This document shows, piece after piece, positions 32,542-46,835 of a stretch of 64,000 nt of DNA. The DNA lies in the NCBI GenBank assembly GCA_001643675.2, contig LSRY02000012.1, positions 62,001-126,000 of the forward strand, given 5' to 3'. The notes under the pieces are model-generated. The model ran no database searches. It saw only the letters and a program-made list of their open reading frames with translations, and was not told the DNA's origin. Within the stretch, counting starts at the first letter, position 1; every line of letters starts with the position of its first letter. Source of the stretch: Monocercomonoides exilis PA203. Its lineage: Eukaryota > Protista > Preaxostyla. The position numbers were made by a program, and so were the translations under genes.

Positions 32542-35500
32542 ATGCCCAAGATACGCATTAGAGCAAATTTTAATCAACTGGTAACGTTATTCAGTTCACT
32601 TTGGGTTCCTCAAAGCAAGAAAAGAACGCTTAATATTGCAGATACAATTATTTTTGCTCCTTGGGCAAAAAGTGGATTTTGGATGTTTACAGATGAAGTG
32701 TGATGTTAAAACGTGAATTTCTATGAATAAATTAATTTTTTATACTTTCTTTCCTTCAATCATATTTTATAGTTGGGCAAATTACGAGCAATTCGCCCAG
32801 AGCCTGGAGTAATTAATTCATTTCAGAATTATCTTTGTATGAAATATCCACCTAATTCCATTCAAAAATCGCCAAAAAAAATTACGTGTAAAAACGAATC
32901 ACCGGTTTTTGATCCAACAGACATTGTTGCGATTGCATATTTTGGTATAATTCATTATTTCATTTTGAAAAAATCATTTTCTTTGTATTGGATGCTATAT
33001 TCAGAAAATAATCCTTATCATTGTCCTTACCCACCAATTCCTTTTCAAAAGAAAAACAATGGTAACACTTACTTGCAAAATACTGGTTCGACGTCAAAAA
33101 ATCAATCTTTATCTGGATCTGCATTTTTAAAACAAAATATCAGCACTAATGAAAGTCCTGATCCGTTCATTCTCGTTACAAATGGATGTCAGGTACAACG
33201 GCACATACTTTTCCCTCTCCTTTTGGAAATGGAAACATCAGCAATGCAAAAAGCAAAAGAAAGGCTCAAATATGGAAAATACTACCATCTTGTTGACGAT
33301 GATAATCAATCATCATATGAAAACAATGAAGAAAATGAAAGGATTGCAGAAAGGAAATTTGAATGGTTTTTTGTTGTCGAGGCGCCAAGGCCTCATGATG
33401 GATCTCTTTATGCTGTTGATATTCATCTTCCCACGCATTCTGTAGAAATTAAAAAGATTGAATTAACAGATGCAGCACTCTTTTTATCAAAATTCGCAAA
33501 AAAGGATAAAGACGTTCTCACCAAAGAAGGATATGTTATTCATCCACCACGGGAGCCTTCTTTTCTTTCATCAACTTTGAAAGATTCCATTCGAAAATCA
33601 ACTGGAAGGCCATCTCCAAATTCTGTCAGAACTTCTTCAGCTCAAAACTCATTTCGTTCTTCTTCTTCTTCATTTCCCACAACACCACAATCCAGACGTG
33701 CAACAGCCCATCTTTTATCATCTCCGGTTCGCTCATCTCCATTTTCTTCACCTCCATCCAAATCAATCCCGTCTTCTCTTTCATCATCGCCTGCTTCTTC
33801 ACCATCCAACAGGACCATCGCGAGTGCGTCTTCATTAGGATCGCCCGCAGTGCATGGCATCACCTCTCTTCTGCCTTCTTCTTCGATGGTGCCTTCGCTC
33901 AAAGAGGAGGCTTTCTCTTTGGTCAGAACACTTTCACAGACAGCTCAAGTGGGCATCATCCAACTCTCTGCTATCTACTACTTCCCTTATTCGGATCTGA
34001 TACCAACACTTTTGTGCTTCAACAGCTGCATCTTCGAGGTTGATGACTCCAAACTGCAATCATCACAGTCTCAAGCAGAAGCCCAAGATGAAGATGCAAC
34101 GAAAGCTTCTTCTTCCTCCTCTTCCTCTTCTTCAGCTCAGTCAGAGCAAATGCCATCACCTCTTCAGCCTTCTTCCACACTTCTTATCAACTCGGCCATT
34201 TCGCAGCACGTCGACTGGACGAAAGAAGAGCAGACAGACGACACAATCGAAAGGGTCAATGCAACTCCGTCTCCGGAGTCGCTGGCAATCACACGGCGAT
34301 ACACAAAGCAGAAGTCAGCTGCGAATGCTGACTTGGAAGAAGAGCAGGCAGCCATCCAAAGACACCGGTCTTATTCGCTCACCGGGTTTTCTTTCCCCAA
34401 ATCGCTGATTGGCTACGTGCCGTCCACTTTTCGTGTTCTGTTCTCGCCGCGCTGCATTCCTCTGATGCCTCTTCCGATCTGCTCGTTCTATCCCTCTCTT
34501 CTCCACAAAATGCCTCCGCAACTCCAACTTTCCCAGTCAATCTCTCTTCAATCTGAAGAGCCGTTCATCCAATCAGAAATAAGATCCTCACAAGACGGCG
34601 AATCTCCTTCGCTCGCATTCTCTCCAACACCTTATCCTCAGCCCCAGTCTCTATCTCAGCCCACTCCACCTCCAACTGCGCAATCATCATCCTCATCATC
34701 CATATCATCCTCATCTCCTTCACATTCACCTTCACCATCTTCTTCTTCTTCTGGTGGTGGTAGAAAAAGGCTGATGTCTTACTCCTCCGAAGTGTATCGC
34801 ACAAAGGAAGACGGATTTGACAGCGCCCAGCCGCCGTTTGATGCCAAGCCGCATATCAGAAGGACGCTGTCTGCCTATTCATATCCTGACTCTGCTAATT
34901 CCTTGCTCTCTTCTCCCACTTCAAGGCCCACTTCACCCACTTCACAAAACACTTCTTCTACTTCCTCTTCAAAAGATAAACAACCATCTCATCTCACTGT
35001 CCTTTCATTCTCCTCCCCACTGAGTCAAGCACAAACAAGCACACTTCAAGAACCATCTGACTCTGTTGGCAGAGATTCAATTGTTGATTCCTCAGATGCT
35101 CCTTCGAATTCACCTTCGAATACTCCGAAGATTGCTGACACACTCACAGAAGTGCAAAACAGCACAGAAAGCTCTCCGCCTTCGCCGACAATAGAGACAC
35201 CGAGAAAAGCAGCTTTGATGATCGACCAAATGGACAACAACATTCTGATGCTGTGGTCTTCGCGCAAAAACAGGCAGAAGGCGAAGTATTCTCCGAAGGG
35301 CAGCAGTCTGCACTCATCCAAAAGAGGGCAGCGCGGCAGAGAAACCGAAACGTCTGAGTCGTCGGCTGACCGCGATCTTTTGTTTGACGAGCTGAGCGAC
35401 AGCGAAACTGAAGACACACACGGCACAGGCGCATCGTCGCGGAGATCGACACTCTCCACGCATCTGCCAGGCAGTCAGAGCAATCGCCACAAAAGCAGAA

Positions 35501-38154
35501 CAGGACGATCAACACATTCAGCACACTCAATGAGAAGACACTCGAGTGTGGAATCGCTCTGGGACTCGTGGCTGGAGGCGTGGGGATTGGGGAAACAGAC
35601 ACAGAAGGAGAAAGAGAAGGAGGCGATGAATGGACTGACACTTGCACAAAGGAAGGCATTGAAGGAGAAAGAAGCAGCCGAACTCAGAAAAGCCAAAAGG
35701 AAACACAGACAGAAAGGGCGTATGTCACTGGATGATGATGAAAGTGAGGCAGATCTGTTGTCTCAGACAGACACTGATGGAACTGATGATGTTGAAGGAG
35801 AAAGAGAAGAAGAGGAAGATGAGGACATTCTGCTGGAAGAACTCGACAAGCGAGAGAGAGGAAGGCAGATGGCGCTGCAGATCTCGCTCGTGCCCCACAA
35901 AGACACTCAGTTGCCCAGCCAGTCTGAGGCGCAGGCACCAGATGCCTTCTCTTCGCAGCAGCTGTCTGAACACTCTCCCGAACAGCTGCGCCAGGAAAGA
36001 GGAGCATCTGGGGCGCCTTATGCTTCCGATGAGGAGCAGCTTGAGTGGAAAGGGTCGAGTCAGACTCCACCGCCAAAACGGTCGTCCTCTCCTCTTTCGC
36101 ACAGCTCGGTGCGTTCGCGTCCGCGGCCTGGCTCGTCTGCGCTGAACAACACGTCTTCTCTCTCTTTTGACTTCAAAGCACTTTCACCTCCAAAAAAAAG
36201 AGGATCTTCTGACCGACTGTCATCAAGAAGTGGAGCAAAGACAGCAAGAAGCGACAGATTTGCGTATCTTCGCGATCCTTCGCGCCTTTTCAGCCACACA
36301 GATAGCAGTCGAGAAAAAGTGCATTCTGCTTTCGGAGAAAGAGAACACAGATTTTCTGGAAGAGCAAGTGAAATTGAAGAGAAAGAGCGAAAAAGAAGAG
36401 AGCAACTGTATTCTTCATCAGCAAGAACACCTCGAAAAGGTTCAAGCAATTCAAGGAATTTAAACACTTATGGCAAACGTCCTGCGTCCAGATACAGTTA
36501 CAGCCAAGATCGAGATGGATCTTTCACAGCCAGATCTTATTCTGTTGCCTCTTCTCGTCCATCGCACAGAACAGAAAGAATACGCGTGTCTTATTCTGGT
36601 GCAATTGCTGCAGAAAGCCTCGAAAGAGAACGAGGAGACCCTTTCAGCGGAAGAACACAGCCTCTTTCAACACCTCGGAATGCAATGCGAAGCTCATCCA
36701 GCAACAGCAGCAGGAGAAGTGACAGCACTCAAAGGAGCAGCACCAGGCGTCGAATGGGAATGGCACAGCAACAAACAGCAGAAATGTTTGATGAGCAGAC
36801 TCATCAGCATGCCTTTCGCCCTGTCTCTGCAGGCGGCGTTCCTTCGATGCACAACACCCCCACACACAACACAGCTCAATCACCTTTTGCTTCAACAGGC
36901 AGCTCTCTGCCGCATCGGTCGTTTTCTGCAATTGACCGGAAGAACCGCTGGTCAGCGTCACCGATACAGCAACTTCCTTCTCCTTCTTCTCCTTCTTCTC
37001 CTCAAAGTGCTTCTCCCACATCGCCGAAGACTCTGCAAGACTTGTCTCGCTTGCATTCTTCTGCCTCAATTCAACCGAGCAAAACTCGCCGCTCGTCGAA
37101 GCTCCGCCCTCTCAAAATATCGCCATATCCGCCCACAAAGTTCTTCCTTCTTTTGCACACAGGGCGTGTTGTGCGTGTGCGGAAGCGGCCGACAGAAGAA
37201 GACCACGAACTCTTTCTGATTGCCGACGGGGCAGACGCGATGGACATGGACGTCGGCTTCGATGCAGTCAACTTTGCTGTCATGCAGTCTCAGTTCGCTG
37301 CACAAAGCCTCAACAAGTCCTCTTCCCGCACATCGCTGATGCCTCACCAGTCTTCTCCGCTGTCCACAGCACCTCCTCCTTCGCCCACAATCAACCCTTC
37401 GCTTTCTCTCTTTGATTTCTCCAAGCCACTTCGATCGTTTTCTTCTTCTTTGACTTCGTCTGTGCCGTCATTCGTTTCAGATGGTCGCACGTTGCAACAT
37501 TCACCCCATCAGCCACAGATGCCAAATTCAACCACAAACAGCCCTATTTCGTCTAATGGGCAGGGGACGTCTTTGCAGCAGGCACAAAATCAGTCGTATG
37601 AACAGCTGCTCCAAAGCAATGCAACACATTCACCGAATGAACAGAGCAGAGAAAGCGACGAAGACGACGATGCATCCGACGAAGAAGGATCGGAGCAGAC
37701 GTCCAAGCAGAATGCAAAGGCGAAAGAGAGAGAACTCCATTTGGCTGAAGAGAGGCAGTTTGACCAGTGGATTCTGTCTAAGCTCGACCCGGGTCTTCAG
37801 CTGATGCGCTACATACACGAAGTGAGGGTGCTTCTTGATGGAGAGAACAAAATACACAGAGAAGACGACAACTCTGCAAAAGACGACGAAAGCACACAGC
37901 AGAAGGGGAGGAGGTGCACCTCGAGGAAAAGAATGAGGACGGCGATTGTGCAATATGTCATCCGTGTTGTGTTTGACAGAAGTGGCCGAAGACTCGACGG
38001 GGTGGTGCTGTTGGATGACGACATCGACAAGGAGAAGCTGTCGCGCCTCACAAAGCGGATGGAAGAGAGGAGACGGTCGACAATACACATCCGCTCAACT
38101 CTCGATGAAAAACACCAAATGCCTCCTGCTGTTGGCATTCCTTTGAGTAAATAA
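32542..38154 (+). CDS. Large hypothetical Ser/Arg/Pro-rich protein (~1845 aa), 2 exons
   Basis: Exon 1 from ATG 32542 (MPKIRIRANF..WMFTDE) splices in phase 0 (GTGTGA..TAG) to the 1793-aa ORF at 32773. No domain recognised. Confidence 0.75.
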
Positions 38155-38575
38155 GTATATGTGTTTGATTTTTAGAATTCTGTTTAATTTTTTATTTTAT
38201 GAAGTTTGTTAAATATCCTGTTCATGCTTCAAAAGCATGGGCAATCTGTTTTATGTCGTATTTCATTAAATGAATGGAATATTTTATATTATTCTCGTAC
38301 TTTTTTATGATTGAAAATGTTATTTTGACAAAAAAAACTAATCTACGGAAAAATAATTTATCTATATAATTTTTAAAACTGCATTTCAGATATTTCTGTT
38401 CTTTCTAATGACATATCTCCTTTTTTTTCATGATATTAATTTAAAAAAACAAAAAAATACTTGAAGAATTTCCTTTGAAATAATTTTTTATTCTGATATC
38501 CCAATATAATTATTTGATGATTGACAATTTATTTGAGAGGTTTTTTTAAATTATTAGTGCGTAACAAATGTCAAT

Positions 38576-39120
38576 TTGTTTTCTTTTATTATCACATTTA
38601 TTTTATCGTCAAGCACACTTTCGCGAGAACTTAGTCGCACATCAAATTATTCGCAAAACACACTTGTTCCACAACAAACTGCTATCCGTAAGGAAAAGGC
38701 AATAATTCCTTTAGGAAAGCAAGAACCAAAAGCCATAATGACAAAAAAGTGGGCAAGTATGGAATCGTCAAAAACAGATGAATCAGTAGAGAAGGATTTG
38801 CGATTTCTTGAACTTAGGAAATATGCAAGCAAAAAGCAGTTCTACAAATCTACAGGAATGAAAGAAAAGCCTAAAACATTTCAAGTGTGCATTTTGTAAT
38901 TGAAATTTTATATTTTAACGTGTGACTTAATTTTTGATAGATTGGCACTGTGATGGAAGGCCCTGGAGAATATTTCTCTGGCAGACTGACAAAGAAGCAA
39001 AGACAAAAGACATTGCTTGATGAGATAAAACAAACTAGATCTGAAAAAGATCGTCTGAAAAAGCCAGTTGCTAAAGGAGCCCCAGCACCAAGAAAACGAA
39101 GAATCCAAAAAAGAAAATAA
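38576..39120 (+). CDS. FCF2: Fcf2 pre-rRNA processing protein (start uncertain)
   Basis: KWASM..VEKDLRFLELRKYASKKQFYK..PKTFQ|IGTVMEGPGEYFSGRLTKKQRQKTLLDEI is the Fcf2 domain; intron 38885-38940. Confidence 0.85.
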
Positions 39121-39280
39121 AAATTTTCACTTCACAAAAAACACTTCACTTACTCAAAAATCACAAAAACGATGGACTGTAAATTAACTGGAGAAAGAAT
39201 TTTATGCAGTATTTTTGAATGTAATTAAACTGTTTATTGAACATTTCGTATTTATTTATCGATCCATCAACAAATAACTT

Positions 39281-42200
39281 TCATTCTAAATCCAAATCTT
39301 CTTCTCCTCCGAAATCATCAAAAGTTTCATCATTATCATCTTCTGGTTGTTCTTCAGAAAGAGGCTTTTTAAGAACAGAAGCATACTCATTAAGTGCATC
39401 GTGAAAGTGCTTTCTTTCTTCAATGGATTTTTCCACCTTCTCCTGTGGATCTGGTGTCTCATCAAGAATATCATTAGCATCAATCACCAGTTGGAGTGTG
39501 ACTTCCGCAGCGACTCTGGTGCTCTGCTCGGGAGACGCTGCCAGGTCCAGAGAAAGCACAGACGAGGCAGACGTTGCTGGAGCAGCCTTTACAGCCTTGA
39601 TGCCCTCATGATCAGATAGCTCATCCTGATCAGAATGAAGAACAGGGGGTGGGGTGAGTGGGTGTTTTGATGAGCTGCCTGAAGATGGAGTGTGATGAGA
39701 CGATGGCTGGCCGATGACTGGCTGGTGTGCTCGTTTTACAGGCTGTGCTTCCAAAGACGTGTCAGAACTCGATTTAGAATCTTCGTTATGAAGTGAATCA
39801 GGAATTAGAGAAGGAATATTTGTGTGTGAACCATCTCGCTGCCTTTCCAATCTGCTTCTTTCTTCCATCTTTTGAAGAAGCTTTGCACGTGGATTTTGTA
39901 GTTCAGAAGTTATTTCTCGTAATTCTGCTGCTTTTCGCTCAAAAAGCTGCAGATTTTGCGCTTTTTTGAGTTCTTTTGCGTCTTTTTCGCTCTTGTCTGA
40001 ATGAACAGATGAAGATTCTGTTGGATGAGGTGCAGATGTGTGCATGATTGGCGAAGTGACAAAAGAAGGAGGTTGACGATCATCAGACGCTGAAGTGTTC
40101 TCTTCCACTTTTATTGCACTTGTTGTTGAGTGAGTTGATGGAACATGCTTCTGTTTTTGTAATGATTCATCAGCAGGAGCAGAAGAAGTGGAAGAAGAAG
40201 AAGAAGAAGTTGCAGAGGAGGAAGAAGTTGTTGAAGATGCTGAATGATCGGGTGAATGAGAAGAAGCAGATGAGGAGTGCTGTGGAGGCTGTGGAGGAAG
40301 AGCAGACGAAGAGCGGCGGTGTTGAATGGAAGCATATGAAGTTGAGTGAGACGGAGAAGAAACAAGTCTGTTGGCATTTTGTTGTTCTTCCCGAAAGATT
40401 TTTTGATAAGAATTTGAACGTCTATGTGCTGAAGATGGGCGAGAAGAGTAGGAAGAATTTGGTGAATTGTAAGGAGAAGGAGAAGGAGAATGGGCAGGAG
40501 ATGGCAAAGCAGAAGTGGATGGAGATGAAGTGGGCTTGTGATGTGGAGGCTTCGCAGCCAAAGACGGAGACGAGTGTCGAGACACAAGTGGAGGATGGCC
40601 AGAAGAAGGGCGCGAGTGAATGTCATGTGCCTCGTGTGCAGACTCATGTGCTGTGCGATGGGCAGAGGAAGGGCGAGGATCAGAAGGACGTGGCGAGGAA
40701 GGCCGTGAAGTGTTGTGTGCAGAGGGAGAGGCAGATAAATGTGGAGGAGCAGGACTCAGACGACGTGCGGAGACTGGGCGGGCATAAGGGGACACATAGT
40801 CTGCACCATACGGCTTTTTTGGTTGGGACAAGGGACGATTTGAGTGTGTTGGGTTTGAAGAAGCAGACGAAGCAGAAGAAGGAGATGAAGGAGAAGAAGA
40901 GGATGAAGTGCTTCGTTTTGTTAAAGGGGCATTTGGACGAGCAGAAAGAGGGCGAGGTGACTGAGAACGAGGCGTTCGAGAAGAAAGCTTGCCAGATGAA
41001 GGATAGCGAGCACCTGGCAAAAGTGAAATCACGGGGACAGATGGAGAAGGAGAAAGAGATTTTGTGCCTTTGGAGTCAGAAGTGCCCTTGTGGGAATCGG
41101 GCTTTGCGGATGTTGGATTCTGGTATGAAGGAGAAGAGCGGGGAAGAAGCTCTTTCAGAAGTGCTATTGCTTCTGCTCCGCTTTTTTTCTCTTTTCCTTC
41201 TTCAGCTTCACTTTTCCCTTTTTCTGCCTTAACTTTCTCTTTCTCCTTCACGCCTTCTCCAAGTGCCTTTCCCACTGGAGGCGAAATGGTTGCGCTTTCA
41301 TTCAGCAGAGCCTGCATTCTTGCTCGAATAAACGGTAAGTCCAGTATTTGTGCTGTTGTTGGCCGACGTTCAGGTCTCTGCGAGAAAAAGCAACAAAAAA
41401 TTGTTGCAAAATAAAATAATAATAATTTTTAATTAATTTTTTCAAAAATGACTTTACATTTTTTTAGAATATTTCAAACTTGGTTGAGCATGCTATCCAC
41501 AAGCGATGACAGTTCTCTGCTGAATTTTGAGGCTGGAAGTTTTGTGTAATAGCCTTTGGCAATGCGCCCAATCAGCTGCTGATAATTCTGTGCTTCGAAA
41601 GGATGTCTGAAGGTGCACATCTCATAGAGAAGGCATCCAAGTGCCCATACATCAGACTTATAGCCATAACTTTTATAATTAAAGAATGATTGCATGTGAG
41701 TGTGCAAATGAATATCAGGTAACATTGCAAACAGAAAATGTGAGTTTTTTTAAAAAAATTAAATTAGATTCGAAAAAGTATCAAACGGCTTGTTTTGGCT
41801 GAGTTCTGGAGACATGTAATATGGAGTGCCAACTACAGTCTTTGCCAATTCGCCCGATGTCGAAAGGGTTTTTGCGATCCCAAAATCACCTAAATTTTTA
41901 TAGAAAATAGTTACAAATAAGTAGAAGTGAAAAGTAACAGAAGACATTCGAACCAAGTTTGACCATTCCAGTTTTTGTTAGGAAAATGTTTTGAGCCTTA
42001 ATATCCCGATGTAAAACTTTCCTTTGATGAATGAAATTTAACCCAATTGTTATTTGAGTAAACCAGTCAATAATTTTCTGTGAGACAGACAATTTCAAAA
42101 TTATATCGAAATAAAATCAAAAGGATAAAAAATCAAACTGTTTCAGGAATTGTCATTCGCTTTGTTCTGCAAAGATTTATGTATTGATTTAAATCTCCAG

Positions 42201-42524
42201 CATCACAATATTCCATTATGATATGAAATTGCTTTTGTTCGATGAAACTGTCATTGTAACGGCAAATAAAAGGATTGTCGAACATTTGCAGCATTTTAAC
42301 TTCTCTCTGAGCAATTATCGTCTCTTTCGGATTGGTTAATGGAATTGATTTCATAACGAAATGACGACGCTTGATTCTATGCAGAACAAGAAAAACACGA
42401 CCAAAAGATCCTTTTCCAATCTGTCTGACAGTTTGGTCTGAAATATTGCAATTTACAAAATATTTTCATATTCAAGAAATAATTTAAGCAATAAAAATTT
42501 TTGCACACAATCTTTTAAGCTCAT
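39281..42524 (-). CDS. NIMA-related (NEK) Ser/Thr kinase with a long Ser/Pro-rich tail, ~6 exons
   Basis: Spliced [67 protein letters not shown], a NEK-typical motif set. Confidence 0.9.
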
Positions 42525-42637
42525 TGGCACCAAAGTATTCTCAAAATATGAATTGAATTAATTCCAAAATATTTTTTTTTTGATTCACATTTTTTCTATT
42601 TTTAGGGAATATTATTGATTGACTAGTAATTTGTTAT

Positions 42638-44359
42638 ATGTGTTTCGTTTTTGCTCATTTTTTCAAAGCATCATATGAGTGTGGTTCAGATCAGTTGGGA
42701 AAATGTTGATTGTTGCCCTCAAATTACTATGCGGTGCATTTATCTCATTGTACTATGCTGATAAAATAGCAGAAAAAACATTTGATTTTTCTGGGCTGAG
42801 ACGAATAGAGTTTGAATTCTATTTTCTGTGAATGAAAAGTGTTTTATTTTTGTTAAAGTAACGAATTTTATTCGCAATTTATCGGTAATGAGCAACTATA
42901 TTGGAATTTTAGAGATCAAATAGGGTGCAAATATATTGAGTATTGCACTTCGGGAAATGTTGCTTTTGTTAGAAGGCCACATGAAGGTGTTCCTTTAGGT
43001 TCAACAGAATATGAAAAAGTCACTTATGTCGAAGAAAATTCTACACTAAAATTTTCATGTATGAAGCTTTAAATGCATTTATTAAAATAAATCTTCTTTA
43101 TTTCTTGAATTTTGAAAATGATTTTTTTTCCAACAAAATTATGTAATGATAGATGGAATTGATAATAAAACTACATCGTTCCTCATGGATTTTATTTGCG
43201 GAGAGACTGAAAAAATATCTGCTCAAAAGCTGTATGCTTCTGCTGATGAAATTTGTTTTTTCAAATCTTATTTTATATTGGATACTTTGTGTTTAAGAGG
43301 AGACAAAAAGTATTATGTTTCCTGGATACATCCTCAAGCTTGTCCCGTACAAGAAAATGTATCAAATAATCAAACTTCAGGTACAAATGGGAATTCTACA
43401 GCAAGCCAAGATTGGTACATTTATCTTGTATTTGCCGTCATTGCTGTGATGTTTATTTTATCATTTATTCTGTTGGGTCTTTACATAAAGTGTGAATTTA
43501 TTATTGTTCTCGTTTGAATTTTAAAAAAAAATTTTTTTTTTATTCATTTTATGTAATGTCACCTATTTTATTTTTTTAAAACTTAACTTTACATTAATAA
43601 TAATTCATTTCAATTAGAGAAAGAAGGAATCGACCTAAACTAGACAGAGATCCTGCAATCACGTATCTTCATAATTTATTGCAAGAGCAGGCTGCTCTTA
43701 CGGGCATCAGTAGCGATTTACAGCTGCAAGCGATATTTAGCAGCGGTGGCTTGGCACCTGGGTTTGTTCCAGCTGAGGAAGGGGAAGGACACGGAGAAGG
43801 AGGACAAGAAGAGCAAGAGCACACAGATGGAAACGGAACACAGTCGAATGAGCAAAGAGAAGGAGGAGGAGAAGAAGAAGGAGGAGGAGGGGAGGAAGGC
43901 AATGCTGCTGGGAATGAAGGCGAAAACGGTGATCCATCCCAACAGAATGAAACAGCAACACAACACAATTCGACGCTTTCTCCGATTGCGCAGAGGCTGC
44001 AGCAGCAACTTCGACTGCTTCAGCTTCAGCGACAAGCTCAACTTCGCCAGCAGCAGCAGCGGCAGAGTGCTTCTGAAGCAGCTGAGCATCCGCCAACTGT
44101 GCTTCCTTCTAACCCATCTGCTTCTGCATCATCGTCTGCTTCAGCATCGTCTTCATCATCAGCTGCAAATCGCAGACTGCCTTCAGTAAAGCAGAAGGTG
44201 GATGTTGACACAGAGAGAGAAACCATCAGACAGCTGCTGGATACACAAAGGCCTGACACTGCATTCTCTTCGCTTTACGAAGAAGGAGCAGACAATGAGG
44301 CAGAAGAAGACGATGAATCGTTTCAATTTGACGAGCCACGTATTCCTACTTCGTCATCG

Positions 44360-44395
<36 letters not shown>

Positions 44396-44809
44396 ACTTC
44401 GAAAAAGTATCGCTTCACGGCACAGCCAGGCACGCCAACAGGACGTCCTTCTCCATTAAACACAGATTCGTCTCCTGCTCTCACTCACTCAACACCTTCA
44501 ACACCCACTTCAACAACTAATCTTCTGCACCCACGCTCGCCTCCCCTTCCTCCACAACCACCTTCTCCTTCAGCAAGCTCGTCAAAAAAACAAAAAAATA
44601 AGAATAAAAATAAAAATAAAAATAAATCAGAGAAGAAACAAAAGCTGTCTTTGGCGGATTCTCAGCGTTTGCCATCAATTAATGTTTCGACACCTCCAAC
44701 AATCCGTCCATTCTCTGCAGGTACACAGCCAAATTTTGAGCCAGAAACCCAATTTGTAATGGAGACACAGAACATTGAAGATCTGACTGCGGAGGATGCA
44801 ATCCAGTAG
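42638..44809 (+). CDS. Putative type I membrane protein with an MRH-like (M6PR/ATG27-like) luminal domain and a long low-complexity cytosolic tail
   Basis: Exons give FDFSGL..LYWNF..C..PLG..LKFSY..TSFLMDFIC..YYVSWIHPQACP, then a TM segment WYIYLVFAVIAVMFILSFILLGLYIK and the tail ORF 43679-44809. The start and some junctions are uncertain. Confidence 0.5.
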
Positions 44810-45156
44810 ATTTGAACTAACAATGTGTTTTCCACTTGGAGTCATTTCATTCCTTTATATTAGTTTATTTTCTGTTTGTGTGTAAATGTATCTATCTTGT
44901 TGTATTGTATTCCTAATTATAATTATTTGTGTTCTAGTAGCTCCTTCTTTTTATTCTCTTTTACGACGTTTTATTTTTTTGTTTTATGGTGAAAGATTCT
45001 TTCGAAAAATGCAAAGCTAAATTGAATAAGATTTTTAAAAGGAACGAAATGGTGGATAAAGATATGAAAGATTACATTGAAATAAACAGAATAGCTCTCG
45101 CAAGATTTTTAACTTTAAAACTTTAACTGAAACCAATTTAAATAGAAGAGAGAGAC

Positions 45157-45884
45157 TTAGTTACATTGCATATTCTTCAGATATTGAAATGCTACTTGCC
45201 TGCATCTTGTGTTCACATTCAGTTTCATATATGAAATTTCTTTATCAATATCCTCCATAAACTGAATGATGAAGTCAATGAGTTTGGCTTTTTGTAATTT
45301 TTCGAGATGGAAGTTGGTAATTAAAAATGAAAGATCAAATCCCTAAATATTCCGTCATTTTGGAATGTCAAAAGAAAGCAAAAAGTTTAAAATTGTATTA
45401 CACAAAATGTTCAAACTTCAATGGGTTTTCTGCGAAGAATGAAAAAGTTATCTGCTCGTCTCATCAAGAACTGTGTGAATCGATGAGCTAAAAGTCTCTC
45501 CAGATCGTCAGCTTGCTTGATTTTAATGCTTACACGAACTGAATTAATAGAAGTTTCTATAAGACATTGTTCTTGAGGATTTCTGCTAATTAGAACGGGT
45601 CGAAGAACTGCTTCTGGTGTCTGTTTTGATTCAATTTCTGGCTTGTTGTGCCTCTCAACAACACGCGAAGGAAAATTTGTAAGGCAAAGAGCAGCATTCA
45701 ATGTTGCACGGATGCAATTAAGATATGGTTGTAAAGCAACAACACCTTGCCCAGACTGGCAATTAAAAAATTATTTCGTCATTCATGTTATAACAAAATA
45801 TTTGGAATACAAATTTTCAAAAATAATTGCATATTCATATTTAAAGTGAAATGTCACCGTATTAAAAATTATCAGTCACACCAT
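45157..45884 (-). CDS. ARPC4: Arp2/3 complex subunit 4 (p20-Arc), 3 exons
   Basis: [44 protein letters not shown]|[27 protein letters not shown]. Probable ATG-only first exon (45882-45884) followed by intron 45756-45881. Confidence 0.95.
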
Positions 45885-46280
45885 TACGGAAATATTACTT
45901 TGAGAAAGATCAAAGATCAATAGCTCCCATTTGTAGAAACAATAATAATTATTGGATTGAGAGTGTATAAATTATTGAATATTTTTATGTTCAAACAAAG
46001 AATAATTATTTGAATAAATCATATCACATGAGAACAGAACACTTTATTTGAATAGGTTTTTCGCACCAGAATTTTTTTAAGTTTTCTATTTTTGAAAAAC
46101 GAAAATAAGAGTTTCATAATGAATGATAAATTAAAAATAACCACTAAATCTTCAAATTTTTTTCACATTAAACTTTTCGTTTTCAAATATCAATAACAAT
46201 TGCAATATGTCCACGAATATATGTTTGAATCAAAGAAAACTGAATAAATTTCTGTCTCTATTGAAATTGTGAAATAAAAA

Positions 46281-46835
46281 ATATTGGGGAAAAATATGAA
46301 CTTTCAAGCTTTTTATGTACAAACCATGAAAAAATTGTTTTATTCATAACTTTTCTAAATTTTCTCATATGGGACAAAATATTTCACTTCAAGCATTTTC
46401 ATTGAAAAATTATGCACTTTTCAATGACTTTTTGTGATTAAAAAATTAGAAATATATGGGTTTGTTTTTCGAAATACGTTTGAGGTCGCAAAACATAATG
46501 TTTTTTTATCAATGATGTTTGTTTACAGTTAGGAAAATCAAATTAATTTTGAAATCTGGTTAAGTTTAAAAATGTTATAAGTTGAACAATATTTTCATGC
46601 TTTGTGCATAAAAAGCTTGAAAGTTCGTATTTTCCCCCACATTAAAAAAATAATTTTGATCATCATATCCGTAAACATGCATCCTTGAAATCAAAACATA
46701 ATGTTTCTTGACATCACAAATATTTCAATCAATGAACCTACTTCATTCATGTTTTTTGATCACAAAAAGAAAATAAAAAGTGCGTTATTTTTTAACAAAA
46801 AAGCTTGAAGTTCCATAATTTCCCCCATATCTTGA
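46281..46835. repeat. Degenerate interleaved inverted repeats (old MITE/foldback remnants)
   Basis: 46281-46360 is about 80% identical to the reverse complement of 46565-46643. 46365-46445 matches the reverse complement of ~46750-46835. Both arms share a GGG(G/A)..AAAT..CTTCAAGC.TTTT core. Confidence 0.65.

Noticed and set aside
40114-41232. 372-aa antisense ORF over the NEK tail, and similar shadow ORFs (54188..54925, 61407..62246, 36470..37219)
   Set aside because: Stop-poor frames produced by TCT/CCT or RD low-complexity coding sequence; no domain content.
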